A stretch of 64,000 nt of DNA from Callorhinchus milii. Its lineage: Eukaryota. The notes under the pieces are model-generated. The model saw nothing but the letters and a program-made list of their open reading frames with translations. It was not told the origin of the DNA and did not search any database. Every line of letters starts with the position of its first letter. Position 1 is the stretch's first letter. Location: assembly GCF_018977255.1 (NCBI RefSeq), contig NW_024704765.1, forward strand, positions 4,588,001-4,652,000, given 5' to 3'. Positions 1 through 10,552 of the stretch are shown piece by piece. Made by a program: the position numbers and the translations under genes.

Positions 1-3000
1 GGAGCTGGGCCGGCAAGCGCCCGCCCTTGGAGTTGGTCAATCCCCAGCCGGACACTCGGCAACTCGTTCCCGGGGTCAGGAACGCCGCTCTGCGAGGCAG
101 GGCCACGATCCCAACAAAGTAGTTCAGGTAGGCCATGCGTGACAGCTGGGGGAGGAGACAGGAGACATCTTGTAGCTTTAGAATAATCATCATCATAATA
201 ATAACCCTTGCACTTGACACAGCGCCTTATCACGCCGTCGAGTCGCCTCAAAGCGCTTCACAGGATGCACCGTAAAGTGGAGTGACTGTGCACAGTGTGG
301 GCGAAACGCGGCAGCCAGTTTGCGCACGGCAGCGTCCCACAAACAGCCGTGCAGCGAACGACTAATTTTTATTTAGGGGGATTGTTGGCCAGGACACCGA
401 GGGAAAGAGAGAAACTCCATCTCTTTGAATAGCGCCATCGGGATTTTTAACATGGGCCTGAACAGTCAGATGGCGACCTCGGTTTAACATCTCAGCTGAA
501 GGTGCTGTCACTCACCTGGATGTCAGGTGAATGAAAATTAATGGAACCTATGCTATAGGTGGAACCTCTCTCTCTCTCTCTCTCTCTCTCTCGTTCTCTA
601 AAATATAATTGTTACTGTAATAAGTATATCTTGGATGAGCAACAAAATGTACATCATTCAATGGAACACAGATTGGTTCTATTACCTTTCGGCTGCAATA
701 ACGTGAAATATCCATTGGGGTCTAAATTGCGCTATTTCTTAATAGATTTCTTAATAAGAGAAGGACGCTGCTTGGGTAGCGATGCCTCCCTCAGCGTGTT
801 TGGTGCCTCGGAAGGTTAGATGGGCACACATTTCTTAATAGGAAATCTGTTAAGAAATAGCGCAAAAAAGACTCCGATCGTCTCTGAAAGTCTAAACTGA
901 ATCACGTACACGACTACTTTGAGACGTCTTGAAGACGTGATAAGGCGCTATATCAAATGTAAGGATTATTATTATTACAATTGCTGTGTGCAGGAGCAAA
1001 GGCATTGTACAGCAAAAACGGCTGTAAAGGCCCTGTTAATCGATCGTCGTGCTGAGAACAAGTTACGTTTATGTCGCGCCCCTCACGGAGGGTAGCGTCC
1101 CAGAGAGCTTAGAACACAGCCACTTACCTTAATAAGCATGATATCGCCATTTTTGGTTGTGAGGTTGTACTGCGGGTGGGATATTAGCTTCAGGGGATAG
1201 AATACCTGCTCCGTGCCTTCCCGTCTGAACAGCGAGTGCTCTCCCACCACAATCTGCATGTGGGCAGCCCTGTAGTAACACATGGGGTGGTTGGGGGGGT
1301 GAGAGGATGAGGTGAGAGTTAGAGGGAATAACACACACACAGTTTATAGGAACATAGGAACAGTCAATCCACAACTGTTTGTGGGACACTGCCGTGAGCA
1401 ATTGGCTGCTGCGTTTCCCCACAAAACATGCAGTCAATTCACTTTACAGTAGATACGAAGTGCTTTGAAACGTCTGGAAGATGTAATAAGATGCTATATC
1501 TAATGCAAGGATTATTTAATATAACAGGAGTAGGCCATTCAGCCCCTTGAGCCTGTTCCGCCATTCTATAAGAGCACGGCTGATCTGTACCTCAACTCAG
1601 TTTGTACAAATTAGTATGAAAGACATCCAAGTCCTCTCTCTCACATATATATATACACACACACACAGTCCGTCTGTCTCTCTCTCTCTCATATACACAT
1701 GCAGAGGAACGTAACCAGGAGGAGGCCATTCAGCCCATACAGCTTGTTCTAGATCATGGCTGATCTGCAGCTCAACTCCAATGACCCGCCCCTTGCCCCG
1801 TATCCCTTGATCCCCTGACCTAACAAACATCTATCCACCTCAGTCTTGAAAATGGGAATGGACACAGCATCCCCAGCCTTTTAGGGAGGGAGAGAGAGTT
1901 CCAGATTTTCTACTGTGTGTGTGAAAAACTGCCTCCTGATTTCACTCCTAAATGGTCTAGCTCGAATTTAAAGATTATGCCCCTTGTTCTGGGTTTCTCT
2001 CCTCCCCCCCCACCCCCCAACACCGCCCACCCAAGGAAGTATGTTTAGAACCACACTCCCCCCCAGATTTCTAAGCCCCCCCAAAAAAATTCAATGAAAA
2101 AAAAATTTGACGAACCTAATGCGGCAGTGGGCGGCCGTCAGAACCCATCTCCGTCGGATCAGGGAACCCCCGCAGTAATGGAAGCCCCCCCGTCTCTGCA
2201 GCGACACCTGGTATTTAACAGAGTGATGGGACACAGAGTAGCCCCCGATAATGCGGGCCTGGCCTTGGGGAGAGGGAGGATAACGTCAGTTAGAGGACAA
2301 TAATTCCTTCAAAAAAAGATTATGGTAACTTGGTCACTCAACCCACGACTGTCTGTGGGGACGCTGCTGTGCGCAATTGGCTGTCGCGATTCGCCCACAA
2401 AATAAACAGTCAATTCACTTTGCAGTATATCCTGTGAAGCGCTTTGAGATGTCTCGAAGGCGCTCTATCAAATGCAAGGATGTGCAGGCGACCGGCAGGA
2501 AGGCGAACTGGATGGACCTCTGGCTTTTTTTCCATCTGGCATTTCTTATGTTATGTAAAGCACGGGCTGGTTAGAGGACAGACCCGCCCGCAGTGAAATT
2601 AAATGAATAAAGTGCTGCATTTCTGCGGTGGCTGTAACCATCACGGTGCTTGTTTTGCAGAGAGTCCCATAGCGTAGTGGTTAGTGCGCTCGCGTAGCAA
2701 GCGAGGGGACCCGGGCGGGGAGAAACCTTAGGCACGTTTCAATGTGATCCAATGCCCTCCGGACACTGGCTCAGACCACAACCTCCAGACATCAGTGACC
2801 AAGTCTAGATCTACGCATTTACTGTTTAGAAATTTCCATTGTTAATCTCGCAATTTAACTGATTCTCCCTATATCAACCCCACAAAACCCTCTCCCTTCC
2901 TTCTGCCTCGCTCCCTCCCTCCCTTCCTCCCTCCCTCCTTTCCCCCAACGCATACTGACCATTCCCTGCACCCAACTTATGACTGCCAAACAGTTTTCCC

Positions 3001-3353
3001 TAAGGAAATTAAACCGAAAGGTAAAACGCATCGCATCGGGCTTCCTTTGTGAGAGCGGCGGTCACACGAAATAGCGGGAGGAAGCACTCTGAGGAAATTT
3101 ACGCGTTCCTGAAATGCGATCGGTCAAGTGGCACACGGCAAGGGAGAGAGGGAAAGAGAAGAGTGAGAGAGAGAGTTAGAGAGAGAGAGAGGGGAGCGAG
3201 GAGAGGAGAGGAGGACACTTTTCTTTTTAAACTGACTCGTAAGACAAATCCCAAAAGAAAGCTGAGCGCTCTTCACCCCGGCTTACCTTGATCGGCAGAG
3301 GCTTTTAGGACGAATAGCAAAAGGCTGTAGATGGTGGAGAGGTTCATTCTCAT
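1..3353 (-). CDS. Trypsin-family (S1A) serine protease gene A, 3'-partial; coding exons (minus) 3353-3287, 2263-2116, 1269-1128, 145-<1
   Basis: Spliced translation [85 protein letters not shown]...[25 protein letters not shown]...[12 protein letters not shown]. Shows a signal peptide, IIGG N-terminus, catalytic His (TAAHC) and Asp (DIML) motifs. All introns are GT-AG with compatible phases. The Ser exon lies outside the window. Confidence 0.92.
710..880. mobile_element. MITE-like inverted-repeat element in protease A intron
   Basis: 24-bp inverted arms 727-750 (TTGCGCTATTTCTTAATAGATTTC) and 842-865 (GAAATCTGTTAAGAAATAGCGCAA), with 1 mismatch. Confidence 0.55.
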
Positions 3354-3619
3354 TCCATTCCCCAGAAAGAAAGAGAGAGAGAGAGAGAAGGAGAGCGAGA
3401 GTTGGAGCAGTCTCTCAGGCAGCACAAACGGCTCACTGAGAGAAACACCTCCTGTCTCCGGTGACTGTTGCTTCCTGGATCTTTCAGCGGCAACAGTGAA
3501 CACTGACACTTGGCCTCGGTGAGCAGTGGAAAGCCAGAGTGCGGGGAGAGGGGAGAGAGAATGCGTTGGGTTATATTGGGTACCAGCGCCCTATCACACC
3601 TCATAGCGTTTCACAAGAA

Positions 3620-3985
3620 TTTACGGTGAAATGCAGTGACTGTGTTCTCTGTAGGTGAAAACACACAGCATCGTGCCACAGAGTAAGCAACTGAATCAAT
3701 CTCGGGGATTGTTGACCGGGAGAGAGAAACTCTTCTCTTTCTTCCAAATAGTACCAAAGGATCTTTAACGTCCACCTGAACAACCAGACGATACTTTGTC
3801 TTAACATCTCATCCAAAAGACGGCACCTCCGACACTACAGCATTCTCCCCCACCACCCCCCCTCCCGCTCCGGCACTGCGCCAGAATGTCAGCCTAGAAT
3901 GTGAGTTCAAGGTCCCGATGTGGGACTCGAACCCACAACCTTCTCACTCAGAGGTGAGGGTTCTGCCAACTGAACCAGGCTGACA
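3620..3985 (-). mobile_element. Old tRNA-derived Deu-type SINE between the two protease genes
   Basis: Reverse complement reads TCAGCCTGGTTCAGTTGGCAG...CTCTGAGTGAGAAGGTTGTGGGTTCGAGTCCCAC...GGAGGTGCCGTCTTTTGGATGAGATGTTAA, resembling shark Deu-type SINEs. Similar decayed copies occur at about 5450-5840, 22650-22930 and 48910-49250. Confidence 0.65.
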
Positions 3986-4416
3986 CAATACAATATGGTA
4001 CAGTTTACGTATACGGGCAGTGCCTTTTACGTCAGGAGGACATCCCAAAGTGCTTGGCTGGGGCTGTGCACAAGAGCTGAGGGTTGGGAGCTGGGAAAGA
4101 TGGCCGTAAGCACTGAAATACGCCACCAACAAAACCCGTTGACACCGAAAAACACCACGACCGAAAAACAGTCTCACGCCAATATGGCAACAAAACTTTC
4201 TGCTCTGATCATTAGCCATTCTCCTCCCCGATCCCGAAGGGCATCCAGTTTGGAAATGGCGGAAATTTCCCCTTCACAACATCTGCGTTTCATAGCCCAG
4301 ACAATGAACTGAGCAGAAAATAGCCCAGAACACGTCAGCAAATCCATCGTCCATTATAGCACCCGATTGTTATAGAGAGATCACAATGGAGCGCGGGTCT
4401 GATCATTAACAACCGA

Positions 4417-4605
4417 TGATAAAGGCAGTAACTCAAGAATGACTTTATCAAGCAGCTATTATATTTTATCTTCCTCCATGGTGGGTAAGTACTGTACACG
4501 TAGCAGGGTTACCTTGGCAATGCACTGGCTAATATTACTGTCATATATAAGCGGAGTGAGCATTAAGCATGGCCATTTATAACATAACAGCAAACCCAAA
4601 AACAG
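4417..4605 (+). promoter_or_regulatory. Putative promoter and short non-coding first exon of protease gene B
   Basis: TATATAA at 4544-4550; WGATAR sites at 4417, 4445 and 4466; donor AACAG/GTCAG at 4605/4606. A matching acceptor (ctctcacag/ at 5948) lies 10 nt before the ATG at 5959. Confidence 0.55.
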
Positions 4606-5106
4606 GTCAGGGGAGAGGCCAGCGATCAATCCGTGCTGAAGGTAGGACTATTTGTCTGTTATTCCGCCCCGGATAAAGTGGTCTGAAATAGATGTTAATC
4701 CGTGTATAGTGTTATGATCAAACTATAATCTGTGCATTTGATACAGCTCCTTTCACGTCAAAAGGACATCTCAAAGTGTTTCGCAGGGTTTGACTGTCAC
4801 AGCGCAGCCCTTGTGTGTTTCGTGCTTGTGTTACACTGCTCCACACTGGGGGCACAGGTAGTGTGTTCGATGTTGAGGGCACAGTGCTGGAAATGTATCG
4901 CAGTCCAAGCTGGGATTCAGCAGGATGTGTACTGGGCAGAGCGTGAAACTCAGCCGCTGTCCAGAAAGGAGGAGTTGTTCTTGTTTTTAGACAGCTTGAC
5001 GAGTGCTTTTATTCTGATTGCTGTCAGTAATAATAATAATCCTTGCATTCGATGTGCATTTGTGGGGATGGGGAGACAGGACCTCGGTTTAACTCTTCAT
5101 CCACAA

Positions 5107-5421
5107 AATAATAATAATCCTTGCATTTGATATAGAGCTTTTCACGTCGGGAGGACGTCCCAAAGGCGCTTCACAGAACACACTATAAAGTGAATTGACT
5201 GTATATTTGTGGGCGAACGCGGCAGCCAATTGCGCACAGCAATGTCCCACAAACAGTTGTAGATTGAAAATGACCAATTTATTATTGTTTTGTTTTGGAG
5301 GGATTATTATTAGGCTCTGTGTGGAGTAAGGAAACTTGCCCAAGGTTTCGCCCTCTGCCTGGAATTGAACTCAGGTCTCTCGCTTGCAAAGAGAGACCTA
5401 ACCACTGAGCTACAGGACTCC
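5107..5421 (-). mobile_element. Full-length tRNA-headed SINE (young subfamily)
   Basis: Reverse complement of GGAGTCCTGTAGCTCAGTGGT...GGGACGTCCTCCCGACGTGAAAAG...TATATCAAATGCAAGGA(TTA)n; highly similar to other copies in the window. Confidence 0.9.
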
Positions 5422-5958
5422 ACAAGAGCTCTGACCCGGGGCTTGATCCCCTGAAACCCACTGACGTGAGAGTGCTCAGGCTGAGCCAATTTGCTCTTTC
5501 ATCCTGACTCAGTCAGTAGCACTCTCTCCTCCCACAGAAGGTTGTGGGGGTGGGGGTGAGAGGGGAGTTAGGGGGGAGAGGGGGGGTGACGAGACATTGA
5601 ACCGAGCCCTCCATTTGTGCCCTGTTCAGGTAGATCCCACAGTGCTGTAGGAAAAGAGAAGGGAGTTTCTCTCTCTCTCTCTTGCCCAGTGTCCTGCCCA
5701 ACAATCCCCCAGATAAAATCATCTCCTTCATGGCCATTTGTGGGTCATTCCTGTGTGCAGCGTGGCTGCCGTGTTTGCCTCCAAAAACACACAGTGACTA
5801 CACTTAACAGTAAGTCCCGGGAACCGCTTTAAAACATCCTCCTGAAAGGTGCCATATCAAGTACTATAGTTGGAATTTTAGCTGAATTCAAACAAAGTTT
5901 TGCAGTGACAATGCCATAAGAACCTACTTTATTCTGTTTCTCTCACAGAGATCGAGGG

Positions 5959-8900
5959 ATGGGAGTTCTGGTACGCGCCAGACTGCTCTTCCTGCTGTCT
6001 CTGTCCATGGCACAAGGTAACTTGAGAGCCTCTGTAATCTCATCATCTCCTGTCCTCAACCTAATTTTTTTCCTTGGTCTTTCTTTCTTCTCTGTTTGTC
6101 CTTATAAACTGCTCCCTTCCAATCCCCCAGTTCTGATGAAAAGTCATCGACCTGAAACCACTTTCCTCTCTCCATAGATGCTGCCTGACCTGCTGAGTGT
6201 TCCCAACCACTTCTGTTTTTGTAATAATCCTTGCATGTGATACAGTGCCTTATCGGGTCTCGAAGCGCTTCACAGAATATACTGTAAAGTGTAGTGGCTG
6301 TGTGTTTTGTTCCTCTCTCCAGCAGCCTTGGACGACAGGATCATCGGTGGCTACTTCGTGACTCCGCATGCCATCCCCTACCAAGTCTCCCTGAGAGGAC
6401 TAAGAGGACATTACTGCAGTGGGACCTTAATCCACCCGTCCTGGGTGCTGTCGGCAGCACATTGTTTCAGGTCGTGAGTTCAGTAAATTGGATACAGATT
6501 GCGAGTGCAGAGCATCGCTGCCTTATACACCATCACTCCCCCCCTCTTTCTCTCGCTCCCTCTCCCCCTCTCTCTCTTGCTCCTTCCCTCTCCATCACTC
6601 TCTCTTCCTCTCGCTTGCTTCCTCTCCATCGCTCTCTCTCTATCCCTATTGCTCTTTCCCCCACTCCCTTCTATCCCTCCCTCTCTCTATCCCTCTCGTT
6701 CAACCCTTCTCTATCACTCGCTCGCCCCCAGGAGGAATATGGAGGTGGTTGCTGGCGAGCACACTTTGTACAAGTCGGGGGAGAACGAGCAGAGGTTCAG
6801 GGTTGTGAGGATCATCGTTTACCCCTATTACGACCCCTCCACCTTCAACCACGACATCATGCTTCTGAAGGTAGGCTCGCATAGAGGACAGCAGCGACGA
6901 TGGTCTGAGAGTGGAGTCCTGTAGCTTAGTGGTTAGACCACTCGCCTTGTAAGTGAGAGGACTTGGGTTCGATTCCCGGACAGGGCAAAACTTTGCCTCC
7001 TTCAAGACGTGCCTTTGATCACCCTCTTTCCATCCCTGCCCTCCACCCTCCCCGATCCTGAACCCAGCTCGGGTCCGAAACACTGATGGTCCAGCGCCTT
7101 GGGAGGTCCTCCTGACTTGAAAGGCGCTATACACATGTAATTTTATTGTTGTGGTTAGGCAAGTTTCCTTACTCCACTTGCCTCTGTTTACCCAGCAGTA
7201 AGTAGAAACCCGGCTGTTAGTCGATTGGCAGATCCCTTTTCCGGGGGGTAATCATCCCGCCCCCAAAAAATAATAATAATTTGGTCACTCAATCCACGAT
7301 TGTTTGTGGGACAGCAGTGGGATGTTGTGCGCTACCCTGCATGAGGGGTGCTGTATAAATGCAAGTTGTTGTTGTCATAATAATAACAACCTTGCATTTG
7401 ATACAGGGCTTTATCACGTCGATGAGAGGTCTCAAAGTGCTTCACTGTTGAGTGGAGTGACAGTGTAATTCAAGATCCTCATCCTCACCTACAAGGCCAT
7501 TCACGGCCTTGCTCCCTCCTACCTCTCTGACCTACTACCCCCCTACCTACCTGCCCGTACCCTCCGTTCCTCTGGCTCCGGTCTGCTCCACATTCCCCGC
7601 CCCAACCGCCCTACCATCGGTGGCCGAGCCTTCAGCCTCTCAGCCCCGAGGCTCTGGAACTCTATCCCCCAGTGCCTTCGCCGCTTCCTCCCTTTCCTCC
7701 TTCAAGGCCGGTCTCAAGACCTTTCTTTTCGACCGTGCCTTCAGCTCCCTCTCGACTCTCTCCTCGCTCCCTCCCTTCCCTCCCCTCACCCTGATCTTTT
7801 CCCCCCTGCTCGGGTCCCGACACAACTGTCCAGTGCCTTGGGACGTCCTCCCGACGTGAAAGGTGCTCTATAAATGAAATCTTGTTGTTGTTGTAATTTG
7901 TGGGTGCAACGCAGCAGCCAATTGGACATAGTTGTTGTTGTTAATCAGTCATTCCCTGCAATGGCTGTTGGTGGGACCTCGCGGGTGAGAGCTGGTTATA
8001 GATTGTCTCCTAGATTATCAGAGATTTACGATGTTTGGCCCATCAAATCCCTGACTGTCAAGCATCTTGGGACGTCCTCCTGACTTGAAAAGCGCTGTAC
8101 AAATGTAATTTTGTATTGTATTTTGTATTGTCTCGAGTCTGCACTGGCTCTCGGAGCAAACTGTCCACTCAACCCAACTACCTGGCGCTATCCACACACG
8201 TAACAAGAAGTTAACTTTGTTTTTTCACTGAATCAGCTGGACGGATCGGTGGTGCTGAACGCCTTCATTCAACCCGCCGTGATGCCAACCACCCGTCACA
8301 TCGTGGCCTCGTACACCATGTGCACCGTCTCTGGCTGGGGCCTCACCAGCCTCAGCAGTTACCGTCTCTCCAACGTGCTCAAGGCTGTGAAGGTCCCAAT
8401 CGTCCCCAGGTACAAGTGCAATGCCGCCTCCTCGTATGCTGGTAAAGTCACCCACAACATGCTGTGTGCGGGGAGCAGAGGCAAAGACTCCTGTCAGGTG
8501 AGGCCCACAACTACCATGTTCATCCACCCCCACCTCAGGAGATGCTGTCCTTTGGACATGGTGTTAATATACCCACGTCCCATCTGCCTGTTCGGGTGGG
8601 CATTCAGGATCCTATTGAAAATGAGAAGGGAGACTCTCTCTCTCTCTTGGTGTCTCGGCCAACAATCCCCCAAAATAAAATTGGTCGTTTACACCACTGC
8701 TGTTTGCGGAACATCTCTATGCTCAAGTGGTGGTTTGCTTACAAAACACACAGTCACTACACTTCACTAGTAACATCTCTGAGACATCTTCCTGACACGA
8801 AAGGCGCCGTACTGAACGTAAGGAATATTATAATCATTGTTATCTTTTGCAGGGAGATTCTGGAGGGCCTTTGGTATGTAATGGAATTCTTGAAGGAATC

Positions 8901-9002
8901 GTGTCCTGGGGGATCAGCTGTGCACATTATAAGTATCCTGGCATTTACACCAAAGTAACCAATTATTATAAGTGGATAGGCAGAAAAATACGGAAATGTT
9001 GA
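5959..9002 (+). CDS. Trypsin-family (S1A) serine protease gene B, complete; coding exons 5959-6016, 6323-6473, 6732-6870, 8237-8497, 8853-9002 (~252 aa)
   Basis: [43 protein letters not shown]...[17 protein letters not shown]/...NHDIMLLK/...CTVSGWG...[26 protein letters not shown]...PGIYTKV...RKIRKC*. Full H/D/S triad, Asp189 (KDSC) tryptic S1 pocket, GT-AG introns in phase, AATAAA at 9117-9122. Confidence 0.95.
6120..6222 (+). mobile_element. Penelope-like element terminal fragment with hammerhead-core remnant
   Basis: CTGATGA-aaagtcatcgacct-GAAAC followed by CTCTCCATAGATGCTGCCTGACCTGCTGAGT, a motif I recognise from chondrichthyan Penelope-like repeats. Confidence 0.55.
7465..7895 (+). mobile_element. 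L2-clade LINE 3' fragment
   Basis: [16 protein letters not shown]-like sequence, [19 protein letters not shown] motif, and tail GGGACGTCCTCCGACGTGAAAGGTGC...(TTG)n. Confidence 0.8.
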
Positions 9003-9116
9003 ACCAGCGAGGACTGCTTGCCACTCGCCAGTGTAGGATTCCCAATACGGTACCCATGACTCACTTAGACTTTTCACTTGCTTATATTAGTCATAAAAAC
9101 AAGTACAGTAATGCTC

Positions 9117-9122
9117 AATAAA
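9117..9122 (+). terminator. Polyadenylation signal of protease gene B
   Basis: AATAAA ~115 nt after the stop codon at 9002. Confidence 0.7.
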
Positions 9123-10329
9123 GATGTGTAACTATCCTAACTTACTGTGTGTTTAGATCATGAATTGGTTGTTCCACTGTTATTAAATATCGCTCCCCCT
9201 TACTCAACACTCTCTATAAGTCACCAATGATAATCGACCTCTCGCTTCCCGCAAGGGACGGGGAAACATCCACATTCACAGACAAATCTCCCACTCCCCT
9301 CTGTAAACCAACGAAGCTAAGACAAGTGCGATTTGGATTCAATACTTGTCAGCAGTTTACAAAAATAAGGGCAAATGTTTAAAAAAAAGGGAATTTACCC
9401 ACAAAATCTCAGGTGTCTCTGTTTAAATGATCCTAGCCTCAACACCCTACCTGCCAATTCTGTTCCAGTCGTTCTTTACCCTCTGGGTAAAAGAAAATAC
9501 TTCCTGGTTTCTGCTCTGAAATTACCCCTTGTAAACTCTAGACCCGCGTCCTCTTGTTCTATTGTCTTGGTGCGTCATCAAGTGTTGTTCTGCGCTTTAC
9601 TGTGCAGTATCTCCTGTGGGGAGTTAGGGAACATTCAGTATAAACAATTACAAACATGCATCTAATGTCTTGCTCCTCACAAGACGATTGTTTGCCCAGG
9701 ATTGGTCAAAAAAGTTTATTCCCCCTCCTCACCCCCTCCTCTCTCCCGCCTCTTTCAATTTTGGATGAGTTTACGAGCAATTAAATGTTAATAAATGCAC
9801 CCACCAGGTGCAATCAATTGTTTTCTGCCTGTAATTTTCTCATGTTTGCATTGCTGTAGTTTAATTAAAACTTGCAATATTAGTGTTCGAAGAGGGGAAA
9901 TCTTCTATATTTATATAAATGTGTTTTTTTTTATTTCGTTTCATTCTTTGCGTGAATTCAAATCTGGCCCGAGAGCGAAATGGGTCTCATATCTGCCTAC
10001 AGAATAAGTCACCAATGATAAATTAGCGTTTTGAACCACGAGTTACTACTAATAAAGTTGTTTCTCTTTGTCCCCAATTGAAATCTATGTCTTTGCTACC
10101 AAAGACCAACACAATTAAGATGTAATGTAGCGCCATCCTGTGTCGAGGCAGACAATTGCCAACCTATGGTCAAGACATTGTTTCGCCCACAAAAGTCGAT
10201 CCATTTTACAATATATCCTGCGAAACACTTACAGACACCTCAATGAAGTGATAACATAACATGTAGGAGCAGGAGTAGGCCATTCGGTCCTTCGAGCCTC
10301 TGCCCCGCCATTCAATCATGGCTGATCTT

Positions 10330-10552
10330 AATAATAATAATAATAATCCTTGCATTTGATATAGCGCTTTTCACGTCAGGAGGACGTCCCAAAGCGCTTC
10401 ACAGAACACACTGTAAAGTGAATTGACTGTATATTTCTGGGCGAACGCGGCAGCCAATTGCGCACAGCAATGTCCCACAAACAGTCGTAGATTGAAAATG
10501 ACCAATTTAATTATTGTTTTTGGTTTTTTGGAGGGATTATTATTAGGCGTGT
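10330..10552 (-). mobile_element. 5'-truncated SINE inserted into a CR1 3' fragment (10255-10790)
   Basis: SINE body with (TTA)n tail. The flanks are contiguous CR1-like 3' end sequence (AGGAGCAGGAGTAGGCCATTC... / ...CTCAGTCTTGAATATGTTCAAGGACTGAG). Confidence 0.85.

Noticed and set aside
5089-5343. Recurrent short ORFs such as [17 protein letters not shown] and [19 protein letters not shown]
   Set aside because: Chance translations of the multi-copy SINE, with frames varying between copies.
10128-10146. CTCF-like motif (TAGCGCCATCCTGTGTC) between protease B and TAF10
   Set aside because: Only a partial consensus match; cannot be supported without a PWM scan or ChIP.
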